Source of the DNA: Malacoraja senta
Taxonomy: Eukaryota
Assembly (NCBI GenBank): GCA_038087875.1
Contig: JAXLNO010000659.1
Coordinates: forward strand, 1 to 64,000
Direction of reading: 5' to 3'
Length of the DNA: 64,000 nucleotides
The notes under the pieces were generated by a model. The model did no database searches. It was not told the DNA's origin and saw nothing but the letters and a program-made list of their open reading frames with translations. Position numbers and translations under genes: made by a program. This document shows positions 51,625 through 64,000 of the stretch, in pieces (the first letter of the stretch is position 1; the number at the start of each line of letters is the position of its first letter).

Positions 51625-52267
51625 CTTTCTTTTAAAATCTTTTTATTAGCTTTTTTTTCCAAAAACAAAACAAAAACAAAACAAAAAGAATAATGATAAA
51701 CATAGCAATGATATTGATACATAGGGATCTGGATTACATTAATAACAGGTATAACCTAAATATGAGTCCAGTATCAAAATACACATTGAATATAAACCTC
51801 TATGTAAATATAGTTAAATGTTTAAAAGAAAACGTATATATATATATATATTTTTTAAAGAAAAAAAGAAAAACAAGAGAAAAAAGGAAGAAACAAACCC
51901 CCCCCCCCCCTAAACTAGAAAAAAACAGAAAAACAGAATCTGAGCTGAGAATTTCAACAATTTAACTCCGTTTGTCATCAAGTCTGTTCCACCATATAAA
52001 GGTAAAATAATTTTTATAACGGTTGGAGAGGGAACAATTTATGTTGTGTGAAAATGTTGAATAAATCTTCCCCAAGTCTTATCAAATTTAACCAAGGGTT
52101 CAACAATGTCACTCCTAATTTTTTCTAAATTTAAACATGATATCGTTTCAGAGTACCAATGGAGTGTGGGAGGGTTAGAGTCTTTCCATTTAAATAAAAT
52201 AGATCTTCTGGCGATTAATGTCGTAAAAGCAATCAGCCGATGGGCGGAACGGGACAAATGAATAGAA
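51625..52267 (-). mobile_element. L1 LINE 3' end
   Basis: ORF 52039-52257: LIARRSILFKWKDSNPPT...LNLEKIR...FDKTWGRF (fish-type L1 C-terminus); AATAAA and A-rich tail on the minus strand. Confidence 0.8.
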
Positions 52268-53407
52268 TAGTAAGATTAAACGAGAACTTACCAGTTTGAA
52301 GTTTGATCTTTATTTTATGAGTTGTTACGTGGGTGATTACGTGAAGAAGACCCGTCAGGGCGTATGCGCGTCAATCTTCAAAGCAGCGGAATGAAATCAC
52401 AGACAACACAATAATTGAAGTAACATATTAAGATGAGCAACATGAGAACTACCATATGACCTTTTTTATGAGAGAGGGTTGGGCGTGGCGGGCACGTAAT
52501 CACCAACGTAACTCCTCATAAAATAAAGATCAAACTTCAAACTGATAAGTTCTCGTTTAATCTTACTATTTTACTTCGGAGTCACGTGAGTGACTACGTG
52601 AAGATTTCAAAGCTCTAATTTTATGCCGCAGATCCAAATCCCGGCCTCACTGCATTGATTGACTTTCGATGAGAAACAATCAATAATGCGTTAAACATGA
52701 AATGGTAATATCATGCAATAACAATTGATTTGAATAATCAAAACAAACAGTAACCCATCTATCCCAGAGGAACTAAACAGGACTTAATACTGAATTTGCA
52801 AACAGCCTCTCTCCGATCGGCCGATGGTAAAAAATGTTTTAAAAATAATTCATTTGACCACCCGGCACCTATAAAATATGGCCGCTGTGAACATCCATCG
52901 TCCTAGCCGACGACATTGCTGCTGCTCTAGTGGAAAATGGATATATACACTTCAGTGTTAATACCTGCCTTAATCAACATTTGCTTTAAACCACCTTGAG
53001 ATAGTCTGCACTGACACTCTCCTGTGTGGCTTCATGTAACTGATAAACAATGCTGTTTCCACATTCCTTAAGATCTTTATAGCTTTAATATAATGAAAAT
53101 AAATGTGCCATTACACATAAACATGGATCAGTAGGTTATGCTGAAACACAATTTTAACAAACCTGTGACACCTGGCCTGCTCTGCTTAAGCAGTACGCAA
53201 TTATATAACATAACATTCTCTTCAGCAACTTCCATCCTGTCTAGAAGTTTTTTCAAAATCTGCACTTGCTATGCTGAACCAATGCCAAGAGCATAACCCC
53301 TTTCATAATTAGTTTGGCAAATTCAGAGACATGCCAGGAACCTACTGTCGAAACATCTTGCGGACCTCACTTACATCCCAGATCGCCATATACCTGGGTT
53401 TAGGAGG

Positions 53408-54528
53408 TGGCGGCGCCTAAAGGCAGCGGCTCGACTGCAGTCCATCTGTCTTTTTTTATTTTTGTCTAGTTAAATGTAGTTGTTTGTGTTTTTTAATATT
53501 GTTTTTAACTGTGTATATGTGGGGGGGGAGGGGGAAACTTTAAAAAATCTCTTCCCTGTATGGAGGACCCGACCTTTCTCTGTCGGGTCTCCGTTGTCGT
53601 TCGGGCCTAGCACCGTGGAGCGGCCTCCAACCGGAACGACCTGGGGCTCCAGTCGCGGAGCCTGCGGACTACTCACCATCGTGGAGCTGGCCGAGTTCGG
53701 AGCGTGGAGAGCTGCGGTGACGCGCGGCTGTGACCCGACCCCGGAGATTCGGAGGCTCCAGCCACAGGTCTGGTGGACGGTAACATCGGGAGCTCGCGGG
53801 TCCCTGGTGGGAGACCGCTTTTCGGGGCTCCCGCAACGGCAACTTCTCCCGCCCGAGTTGCGGGGTTGAAGATAATAATAATAGATTTTATTTTAAGGGC
53901 GCCTAATACCGAGGTCTCTAGGACACCTTACAATTTAAGAAACATGTAAACATATAAACATATAATCAGAGTAAAATAAGTTATAAAGACATCACCAATA
54001 CATAAATTAAAAACGGGAATTTGATCCAAAAAAGACAACAACAAAATTCAGAAAACACAACATGAAGGGAGAGCAGCGGCAGCCAAACCGCGCCAGCGTA
54101 CACTCTCCCTTCCGACCGCCATGTTGGACATAGACTAACACAGACTAACACAGTTGACCTGGAGCTGGGTCTAACATCGCCCGGCGCGGCTTTAATGGCC
54201 GCGGGACTTGCTAGCGCTACCGGGGGCACCAACATCCAGACCCGGAGGGCGGCCTTGCATCGCCCGGCGCGGCTTTAATGGCCGCGGGACTTATTTTCCA
54301 TCGCCCGCCGGGGGCTCTGACTCTGACATCGGGAGGAGAATGGGGAGTGCAGGGGAGAGATAAGACTTTGCCTTCCATCACAGCGAGGAGGAGATTCGCT
54401 GTGATGGATGTTTGTGTAAATTGTGTTGTGTCTTGGTTCTTTTTACTTGTTTGTATGACTGCAGAAACCAAATTTCGTTTGGACTTCATTTGAGGTTCAA
54501 ATGACAATAAATGGTATTGTATTGTATT
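53408..54528 (+). mobile_element. GC-rich non-autonomous retroelement inserted in the DIRS YR gene
   Basis: Interrupts sequence that is contiguous in DIRS copy 1 (~44760-44790); homologous to 22455-23145; tail aataaatggtattgtattgtatt. Confidence 0.8.
53874..54155 (-). mobile_element. Short insertion nested in the GC-rich element (LINE/SINE 3' fragment)
   Basis: Splits ...ggttgaagat|gacctggagc..., which is contiguous at ~22775-22793; minus-strand AATAAA plus (ATT)n tail. Confidence 0.7.
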
Positions 54529-56211
54529 TAGAGTTGAAATTCCTTTCATCAATCCAGCTATGATATGATGAAACTCAATAGGATCTTTCCTGACCCCATC
54601 CAACCCACAGGATGACAAAGCACTTAAAGCTGTATTAATGGTGCTATAACTGAGCCCCTCATCATCATAGAGGGTCAACAGGAACTCTAAAATATCCACA
54701 ATACCTGTAGTATTATAGTCAATATTATTTTGTACACAATATTGCTCCCATTTTTTTACATAAGTAATATACCCCTTTTGAGTACTCTTTCTCCAGGCTA
54801 CAGTGAGCATGTCCACCATAAACCCAGACAGTCCTTGCTCCAGGTATGTCCTTCTTAAAAACCTGCAAATTAACAAGTCAATACAATCACATAACAGATG
54901 ACTTTCCCGTGTTAGCGGATGCTCCAGTCAATTCCTACGCTTGGGAACCACCAAAAAGAGGTTGGATCCCTAACTGTAACATCAAAGGGAAACCATGCTT
55001 GATTCGGCCAATTAGGTATTACAAGCACCCCCAAAGTGGCATCCTGCTTGATTTCTTGCAGACTCCGACCTATTAGGCAAAATGGTAGGGGAAAAAAATA
55101 TATACCACCTCAATGTCAAAGTATTAATTGCAACTGCCACCTGGTCTGGTTCTCATGAAACCTATTTAGGCATCTGATGGTTGACCTTGATGCAAAACAA
55201 ATCGATATCTGGCATTCATATACAAGTACTATATTATTGAACACCTCCTTGTTGAACATTCAATCTATGTTGTCATGGAATGTTCGTGACTTGGCATCTG
55301 CTACTATGTAGAATCTACCTGGTAGATAAATAGCTGAAATATCTTTTCCAATGCACCAGGCCCAATTTTGATTAGCCAATCTGTCACAAATTACCGACTT
55401 GATTCCACCGATGTGATTAATATATATGCCACTTGCGTTGTATTGTCAATCTGAAACTGAACATGCAGATACATTTGTTAGAGCAATAAGCCTTGTCCTT
55501 AAAACCTCTTAATAGTTAATTGCCCATGTCTGCAGAAACAATGCCTCTTGCTCAGTCCATCTGCCTCCACAGTTGAAACTCGTATCCGTGACACCCCACC
55601 CGAGTGCACTGACATTCATCTGCAAAATCATGGAAGGCTGGTCAAGCATTACCTTGCTATAACTCCTGGACACATGGTGAAACCATTGCAAATTAGCATA
55701 GTCTTTACTGATAACTGCATAGGTCTAACATAATGACCCGAATGTATCCTTAATGCCTCAATTAGCTTGATACAGCTGTCAATTAGCTCTACCCTTTTTT
55801 CCCTGGGCAGAGCACTTAATTGAATCAATTGTGACCCAAATAGTCAGGTGTTAATTTGGATTTCTCTGGATGGATCAGCAATCAGCGACTGAGCAGCAAT
55901 TTTAGAGGCAAACGTCCACTGCTTACCCTCATGCATTCAGCATGGGGTCCCGGCACATAGCCATGTTTGGATTCCTGTTTGGAGTTAATCCATACTAACC
56001 TTAGACACTCTTTTAGAGTGGGACTTATCGAAGCTGAAGCAGGTATCACCATCCATCTCCTCCATTTGCTTGTACATGCCTCTGTACCAAGCATGTTGTT
56101 CGACTCCATTCCCCACAATCTTATCACATATGTGTGTGTGGCTCCATCTTCATCCACTATACATCCACGTGGGAGGACTTATGCAACCTGCAACAGGAGC
56201 TGCCCCAGGCC

Positions 56212-56563
56212 TGTGTGCATGTATTTTAGCACCATCTCGACCACTACGGAGAAACCGAGTGGGAGTAATGGCAGCCCTGCAAACAGGTGTTGCTTCAGGC
56301 CCATGTGCATACTCCTGTAGCACTCTCTCGACCACTCCGCCATTTGAGTGGGAGAAATTTTGGCAACCCTTTACTAGGCGTCACCTTAGGCATGTGTGCA
56401 TGTATTTTAGCACTATCTCGACCACTGTGGTGCACCAAGTGGGAGGAATGGCAACCCTGCAAACAGGTGTTGCTTCAGGCACATGTGCATCCTCCTGTAG
56501 CACTCTCTCGACCACTCCGACCCTTGAGTGGGGGGACTTTTGCAACCCTTTACTAGGTGTTGC
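56212..56563. repeat. 181-bp tandem duplication built from ~90-bp subunits
   Basis: tgtgtgcatgtattttagcac... starts at 56212 and 56393; the motif tagcac.(a/c)tctcgaccact...gtggg recurs four times. Confidence 0.85.
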
Positions 56564-57299
56564 TGCCTGACATGCCTTACGATGGAGCGTTCTTGAATTG
56601 CAACAAGACGCAATGTTGTCTGACATTGATACCCCTGGCTTCGCACTCACTCTGAGTTGGGGTTATCAGGTCGCTGCCTACAGCAGCCACCAGGACTAGC
56701 CATGCAATTCGATACTCTGTTGGTATGCTCCTTCCCCAAACAGGCTGCACGTGCTAACGACTCCAAATTGTGCTCCTTCCCGATGCCAACTCCGTCTATG
56801 GGGAAGAATTGGAGCGCCTCTGGCCCCCGTACATCAGACATAGTGGGAAATGCTGGAACAAAACTTTACAATTATTTGTCATAGCCAAAGACATTTATGT
56901 GAATGAAGACGCCCATCCCAGTTAAACCTGGGCTTTATTTACTTTTACTATGAGTAAACCGGCGTCTTGGGGATGAAACCGTGCACAGTCCCTTTTAATG
57001 AGCAGCAATTACTATGACGCCACCTGGTGTAACTCCTACAGGTGACTGATAATACGGCTCTACAAGGCTTCCCATCTCCTTAATTGAATAAATGATAATC
57101 ATCTATCTCAGTATAATAGTCACAATGTGACCAAGTGGTAACTATAATGTCTACCCTTTTGAACGCTTCTCAAAATTGCGTTCGTCTTTAATTTGGAGGG
57201 CAACCTGAAACCTCCTCAGAATTAGCAGAAATTGCTACTTTTTCACCTCGACACATAAGGGTGATAAACCACTAACCTCTCTTCCTGTGTTGGGGTGTC

Positions 57300-58866
57300 A
57301 CTTCAGTAGGGCCTTTATCTTTTTTAAGAATTAAAGAAATAGATGCTTCATAAAAGGATTGTGGTAATCTATTCATTAAAAAGGCTTCTTTAAAAACCTT
57401 GCATAGCCAGGGGGACAGTAAACTTGAAAAATACTTTTAAAATTCCACTGTAAACCCATCTAAACCGGGAGCTTTACCAGAATTCATCGAAAGGATTGCT
57501 TTCTGTATTTCTTCCTCCGTGATGGGTTCATCTAACAACAGAGACTCAGTATGTGGTAAATTTGGCAAGTTCAGTTTCTTTAAAATCTCATGCATTATAT
57601 TGGAATCAGTAGGAAATTCTGATTGGTATAGGGAGGTATAAAATTCCTGATTTATTAATTTCGTCATGGTCTACAGTTAGTGTACCATCCCGTTTACTCA
57701 CTAGTAATCTGATGTTTGGCCGACACCACTTTCAACTGATTAGCGAGTAATTTACCAGATTTTCCGCCATGTATATAAAATTGACTTTTGGTTTTAAGTA
57801 TCTGGTTCTCAATCGGTGATACTAATAACAAATCATATCTCAATTGAAGTTCAACTTTATTCTTATAGAGCTCTAAACTCGGAGCTTTTGAATATTTTTA
57901 ATCAATTTCCTTAATCTCATCCGCCAATGTACGTGTTTCTTTTTTAGTTTGTTTTTTTAATCCCGCGGAGTATGAAATAATTTGTCCACGAATATATGCC
58001 TTAAAAGCATCCCAGACTACACCATTGGATATTTCTTCAGTAGAGTATGTTAAGAAAAAGAAAGCAATCTGATCTTTAATAAAATTAACAAAATTTAAAT
58101 CTTGAAGCAAAGTAGCATTAAATTGCCATTTTTTAGCACTAAACTTGGAATCAGGTAGTTTGATTGATAGTTTCAATGGTGCATGATCAGAAATATTAAT
58201 TGCATCATACTCACATGCAGTGACCGATGAAGCTAGCCGAGAATCTATTATAAAGTAGTCAATCCTAGAATAACTATGATATACATGAGAAAAAAAAGAA
58301 AATTATTTGTCATTTGGGTGTAAGAATCTCCAGACTTCTAATATTCCAGTCAAGTAAAAACGAATTGATAATAGCTAATTTATTTGGAAGCACATGATCA
58401 GATGTAGATCTGTCATTCAAGGGGTTCAAACAACAGTTAAAATCTCCACCCATTATTAAAAAGTGTTCATTTAAATTAGGAAAGGATGCAATTAACTGTT
58501 TTAAAAACTCAGGATGATCAATATTTGGTGCATAAACATTCACCATAGCAACTTTTTGGTTATAAAGAATACCAGTAATCACCAAAAATCTACCATATGG
58601 ATCAGAAATTGTTTCATAATGAACAAACGGAATTGAGGAGTCAGTAAAAATAGAGACTCCTTTCACCTTAGCCTGTGAATTTGAATGGAACTGCTGTCCT
58701 CTCCAAAACTTGAAAAATCGTTGATTGTCATCTTGCCTTACATGAGTTTCCTGAACAAAAATAATCTGAGCATTTAGTCTACGAAGAACTTTTTAAAAAA
58801 AATCCTCTTAATGGGATGGTTCAAGCCATTCACATTCCATGAAAGGAAGTTAATAACTTTATCCAT
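57300..58866 (-). mobile_element. L1 ORF2 5' part (APE endonuclease, linker, RT start), degenerate
   Basis: MDKVINFLSWNVNGLNHPIKR; VNVYAPN, MGGDFNC, SRIDY, SDH, WDAFKAYIRGQII, KAPGLDGFTVEF. Confidence 0.9.
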
Positions 58867-58949
58867 ATTGTTTGTAAAAATCATGTGGGATGTAAAGGGT
58901 TAATTTCTTAAAGCATAATAGTTCATGATACTGGAAGAAGAAAAATCTA

Positions 58950-59770
58950 GGGCATTTAACTCTCTCACTGCTGGATTCATTAGTGCTCTTCCTTCCTCTT
59001 CTGCATCAGCCCTTTCTCCTCTTTTTTCTCATCTTCCTTTTTAGTCTCCGAGTCGCTATTTGTTCCCCATTTCCCCCCCACCCCCCGAATTTGTTCCTTA
59101 TCCCCCCTTCTTCCATAAACAGTGTCTCCATGCCAGACAAGGGGTCCCCGGGGTTATTTCGTTTTAGCGCCTTTTTTCCCCTTTTACCAATTGTCGCTTA
59201 ATTTTGCGACTCAATCAGGCCTTTTCTTTTTTTCGGCCTTTGCCTATTGTTTTATCATGCCAATTACATTCTGCTTGTAACACATCCCAATTCTTAGGTA
59301 TACCATCCTTTTTCATCTTTTCTGCCATTTTAACAGTTTCTACATTCCATGTTCTTCCGACTGGCCAAGATTCATCTCACAAATGTTTGGTTAGCTTATA
59401 ACTTAATATTCTTTGTAACTTTTAGGATTCAAATTACACATGTTGGACGGGCGTCCCCCCGTCTTTTTTATCCAGATTATTCCCCATAGCCACGAGTCTC
59501 TTCTCAGCCCGGCTACTTTGTGAACGACAAACTTTTTTAGTTTGCAGAGCCAATTGCCGACTACTTTCCCAGTAGCAAAATCTCTTTCCAACTACTTTCC
59601 TAGTAGCAAAAATACATTAATTTACGACAAACCATTTTAGTTTGCTCTATCCAATCGCCGACTACTCTCTTGGTAGCAAAATACATAATTTACGACTAAC
59701 CTATTTTGTTTGTTCTATTCAATTGCCGACTACTCTCTTGGTAGCAAAATACATACACAATTGGTCGTAC
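58950..59770 (-). mobile_element. Possible endogenous retrovirus gag N-terminus and leader
   Basis: ATG at 59487 gives MGNNLDKKDGGTPV (myristoylation-type start), later WPVGRTW, preceded by ~69-bp tandem repeats (59524-59755). Confidence 0.35.
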
Positions 59771-59781
59771 CGTTATCTGTA

Positions 59782-60180
59782 CAGGGCTCTCGCTTAACTT
59801 TTTTTCCCTGTTGCCAGCCGGGCAACCTTGGCAGCTTTTTAGGTTGCCGAATGACAGTTTAGGTGGTCATTTAAGACGGCTTGCATGACGCGTGCGATAA
59901 TGTGCTCGGATGAAGTGCGTAGTTACCAGTCGGAATTATACACAATGAAGCATTCACATATTATTTCTGCTTCAAATAAAGTCACAAACTAAACATATTC
60001 ACCAATCAAGACATGATATATCCCACAATGACATGCAGCAAAATTATAAGGCAGTATCTCAACTCTTTTTACACATTGCAATTAATGCAATTTCTATTAG
60101 TTCTTTCCACTTCCAAACAAAAATGTGGTTGGATTATTCAGCGTATGATCAACCTGTGTCAATAAATCCTGGACCATGGT
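59782..60180 (+). mobile_element. Possible hAT-type transposon end
   Basis: Starts CAGGGCTCTCGCTTAAC; the opposite TIR was not found. Confidence 0.35.
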
Positions 60181-60354
60181 AAAATATATGCGTACGTATA
60201 GTTGTGAATGAACAGACAACTCACAAAAACGTTAGGTAGACGAATTCAAGCTTTACTGATCATCGGCCGGGAAGTGACGGGGATACACAGTCAAGTAAGC
60301 AATACAGACACTTGACTTCCCCCGGTCTTCACTCCACTCGCATTAGGGAAGAGT

Positions 60355-60665
60355 TACAGAAGTTTAAAAATGCACACCTTCAGATTCAGGGACAGTTTCT
60401 TCCCAGCTGTTATCAGCAACGGAACCATCCTATCAACAACTAGACAGTGGTCCTGACCTACCATATACCTCATTGGAGACCCGCGGTCCATTATTTATCG
60501 GACTTTACTGGACTTTATCTTGCACAAAACGTTATTCCCCTTATCCTGTATCTGCACACTGTGAATGCTTTGATTGTAAGCATGTATAGTTCTCTTGCTG
60601 ACTAGATAGCACGCAACTAAAACACTTTTCACTGTACCTTGGTACACGTGACAATAAACTAAATT
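60355..60665 (+). mobile_element. Rex1/Babar-type LINE 3' end
   Basis: cagattcagggacagtttcttcccagctgttatcag (RFRDSFFPAVI) matches the reverse complement of 17635-17690; tail ...gtgacaataaactaaa. Confidence 0.75.
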
Positions 60666-61554
60666 AACAAACTTGGATGCTACATCAGGGTTCCTCTCCT
60701 AAGGTCTTCCTGGAGTTGGCTACCACTTTATTGCTGGGTACGATGGGGTGCCAATGTGTATGGCAGGTTGATGCTGGACTTCCTAATTCACTGGAGATCG
60801 CGTGAGGTCCTTTTGCCAGTGGATCAAGCATTTTTATTCTGATGATTGTACTGATCAGTCTCTCTACCCTGCCCAACAAAGTCCCTGTGCAATTCTCCAA
60901 AGCTGGTTGTATGTGACTGCTCTACTCTTTGCTCCAGCTCTGGTTCCAGTCCAATCAATCGCAGTGTCCTGTCACACAGCAAATTCCACTTCCTAAGCAG
61001 CCCTCTAAATTTACAACTAGTGCCAATATCTGGTGGCTGGGACTGTTTATTTATCTCCATCTTCACCCTCCCTCTTTCGCCACTTCCTGGCCAGTTTGCG
61101 AATTTTGTTCACCTGAAGGGAGGAAGGCACAAGGGTGGGCTTGTGACAAGATGGGGGGTGCACTATCCACAGCTTGTAAATCCAGAAGAGACTGTGTGAT
61201 TTGAGGCGAGTTAAACATGAAGAGAGGATCGTTGCTTGTTTTAGACTGGCTGCTGGGCAGATCTCCAATGATGACGGTATTCTGAATGTCAATTAAGGTC
61301 AAGTTTAAACCCTGGCAGCTGCTGCCTCTAGGTCTGTGACACCTTGGAATACAACAGAAAACAGTTGTCAGCGTCACTGTGTATATTTAATGTTCCGTCC
61401 GTGTTTTTAAAAAGTTGGCGTTGGGTATGCGAGGATGAGGTGGAGAGTATGGATGTTTCTGAGGCATGATTGAGAGAGATTGTTGGTAAGTGGAGTGGCA
61501 CAATGGCGCAATGGTCAAGTTGCTGCTTTGATCCTGACTACGGATGTGGTCAGG

Positions 61555-63234
61555 TACTTTGGATCTGTCAATCTTCCTGATGTACAAGCCAGAGGATCTG
61601 GGGTGACGGAGGAACTGAAGGAAATCCACATTAGGCAGGAAATGGTGTTGGGTAGACTGATGGGACTTAAGGCTGATAAATCCCCAGGACCTGATGGTCT
61701 ACATCCCAAGGTACTTAAGGAAGTGGCTCTAGAAATCGTGGATGCATTGGTGATAATTTTCCAATGTTTTATAGACTTAGGATCAGTTCCTGTGGATTGG
61801 AGGGTAGCTAATGTTATCCCATTTTTTAAGAATGGCAGGAGAGAGAAAACAGGGAATTATAGACCAGTTAGCCTGACATCGGTGGTGGGGAAGATGCTGG
61901 AGTCAACCATAAAAGATGAAATAGCGGCACATTTGGATAGCAGTAACAGGATCGGTCCAAATCAGCATGGATTTACGAAGGGGAATCATGCTTGACTAAT
62001 CTTCTGGAATTTTTTGAGGATGTAACTAGGAAAATGGACAAGGGAGAGCCAGAGGATGTAGTGTACCTGGACTTTCAGAAAGCATTTGATAAGGTCCCAC
62101 ATAGGAGATTAGTGGGCAAAATTAGAGCACATGGTATTGGGGTTAGAGTGCTGACATGGATAGAGAATTGGTTGGCAGACAGCAAACAAAGAGTAGGGGT
62201 TAACGGGTCCCTTTCAGAATGGCAGGCAGTGACTAGTGGGGTACCGCAAGGCTCGGTGCTGGGACTGCAGCTATTTACAATATACATCAATGATTTAGAT
62301 GAAGAGATTCAAAGTAACATTAGCAAATTTGCAGATGACACAAAGCTGGGTGGCAGTGTGAACTGTGAGGAGGATGCTATGAGAATGCAGGGTGACTTGG
62401 ACAGGTTGGGTGAGTGGGCAGATGCATGGCAGATGCAGTTTAACGTGGATAAATGTGAGGTTATCCACTTTGGTAGCAAAAACAGGAAGGCAGATTATTA
62501 TCTAAATGGTGTCAAATTGGGAAAAGGGGAAATACAACGGGATCTGGGGTCCTTGTTCATCAGTGAATGAAAGTAAGCATTCAGGTACAGCAGGCAGTGA
62601 AGAAAGCGAATGGCATGTTGGCCTTCATAACAAGAGGAGTTGAGTATAGGAGCAAAGAGGTCTGTCTGCAGTTGTACAGGGCCGTAGTGAGACCACACCT
62701 GGAGTATTGTGTGCAGTTTTGGTCTCCAAATTTGAGGAATCACATTCTTGCTATTGAGGGAGTGCAGCGTATGTTCACAAGGTTAATTCCCGGGATGGCG
62801 GGACTGTCATATGCTGAGAAAATGGAGCGGCTGCGCTTGTATACTCTGGAATTTAGGATGAGAGGGCATCTTATTGAAACATATAAGATTATTAAGGGTT
62901 TGGACATGTTAGAGGCAGGAAACATGTTCCCGATGTTGGGGGAGTCCAAAACCAGTGGCTACAGTTTAAGAATAAGGGGTGAGGAGATGAGGAAACACTT
63001 TTTCACACAGAGAGTTGTGAGTCTGTGGCATTTTCTGCCTCAGAGGCCTCAGAGAAAGTATCTCTGGATACTTTCAAGAGAGAGCTAGATAGGGCTCTTG
63101 AAGATAGCGGAATCAGGGGATATGGGGAGAAGGCAGGAACGGGGAACTTATTGTGGATGATCAGCCATGATCACATTGAATGGTGGTGTTGGCTTCAAGG
63201 GCCGAATGGCCTACTCCTGCACCTATTGTCTATT
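61555..63234 (+). mobile_element. 5'-truncated CR1 LINE (RT), inserted in a SINE
   Basis: KSPGPDGLHP, NYRPVSLTS, DFQKAFDKV, GVPQGSVLG, FADD; frameshifted; tail (CTATTGT)n. SINE head at 61496-61550, SINE body resumes at 63235. Confidence 0.92.
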
Positions 63235-63458
63235 GTCTGTACAGAGTTTGTATGTTCTCCCTGTGACAACATGAGTTTTCTCCGGGTGCTCCGGTTTCCC
63301 TGCATATTCCAAAGACATGTGGGTTTGTTGGTTAATTTGCTTCTCTAAATTGTCTCTAGTATTTAAGATAGAACTGGTGTGAAAGGATGAATGTTGGCCG
63401 GCATAGACTCAGTGGGCCGAAGGGCCTGTTTCCATGCTGCATCACTAAACTAAACTAA
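63235..63458 (+). mobile_element. 3' part of a HE1/V-SINE-like SINE split by CR1
   Basis: Central domain plus gggccgaagggcctgtttcc and (TAAAC)n tail. Confidence 0.75.
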
Positions 63459-63605
63459 GGTGAGTGGATTATGATGTAATGAGGTGCATCTGAAGCTATT
63501 TAGTGGATATTTTATTTGAATTTGCATTCACTGACTTGGACAACTTTTGCAAGTTTATTTAAATGCATTCAGATCTGACTGGCGCAATGACCACCAAAGA
63601 TACTA

Positions 63606-64000
63606 TGTGTAGGAAGGAACTGCAGATGCTTGTTTATACCAAAGATGGACACAAATGCTGGAGTAACGCAGCGGGATCTCTGGAGAGAAGGAGTGAGTGA
63701 CATTTAGGGTCAAGACCCTGTTTCAGACTGAGAGTCAAGCGAGAGGGAAACGAGATATGGAAGGTACAAAGAACATGTAAGGTGTGAAACGAACAGATCA
63801 AAGCAGATGATGATCAAGGAACTTTAGAATGGTTCATTGTTGGATGAGGGGAAGGTGACAACGAGGCATACAAACAGTAAAATTAATCAGGACAGTGAAA
63901 CCAGTCAGAAAACTAGGGTGGGGGAGGAACGGAGAGAGAGGGAAAGCAAGGATTCCTTGAAGCTGGAGAAATCAATATTCATACTGCTGGGTTGTAAGCT
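63606..64000 (-). mobile_element. Penelope 3' end, runs off right edge
   Basis: Shared PLE terminus plus the end of GIY-YIG (SMNIDFSSF on the minus strand). Confidence 0.75.

Larger units (their letters stand above)
52268..55880 (-). mobile_element. Second, older DIRS1-type element (3' terminus, ICR, YR, MT, RH remnants)
   Basis: Terminus and ICR (52493-52604) homologous to 43620-43963; ORF 54217-54876 AWRKSTQKGY...GLSYSTINTALSALS; RH remnant ALGWG...GGRW. The 5' terminus was not found. Confidence 0.85.

Noticed and set aside
56898..57064. Possible solo LTR (TG...CA, minus-strand AATAAA)
   Set aside because: No TSD, PBS or second copy, so not called as a feature.
32380..64000. Search for GLDC exon 3 (expected ENEIL...WRSYIGMGYY)
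   Set aside because: No matching frame found by eye or in the ORF track; it probably lies beyond the window.

Overview
Vertebrate genomic DNA, most likely from a cartilaginous fish (skate or ray). That assignment is an inference from the HE1/V-SINE-like SINEs and the CR1, Penelope and Rex1 repeat content. The only host gene I can support is the 5' end of GLDC (glycine decarboxylase, P-protein) on the + strand: a CCAAT/TATA/Inr core promoter (~31529-31578), coding exon 1 (31656-31931) and exon 2 (32301-32379). Intron 2 appears to run past the end of the window; I did not find exon 3. The rest is largely transposable elements: a microsatellite-embedded RTE-X-like LINE (two copies), a complete Gypsy LTR element with TSD, many Penelope-like (GIY-YIG) elements and fold-back mini-derivatives carrying a hammerhead-ribozyme-like motif, a non-autonomous Helitron, CR1, Rex1/Babar and L1 LINEs, two DIRS (tyrosine recombinase) elements, TIR transposons and SINEs, often nested. 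The most notable observations are (i) a Penelope fold-back in GLDC intron 2 whose spacer is a 49-bp copy of GLDC intron 1, (ii) a coding-dead DIRS element with perfectly complementary ITR/ICR signals, (iii) covarying hammerhead-like motifs, (iv) a triplicated Penelope target site and (v) repeated LINE insertion into a (GA)n array. Repeat boundaries were read by eye and are approximate unless a junction is quoted.
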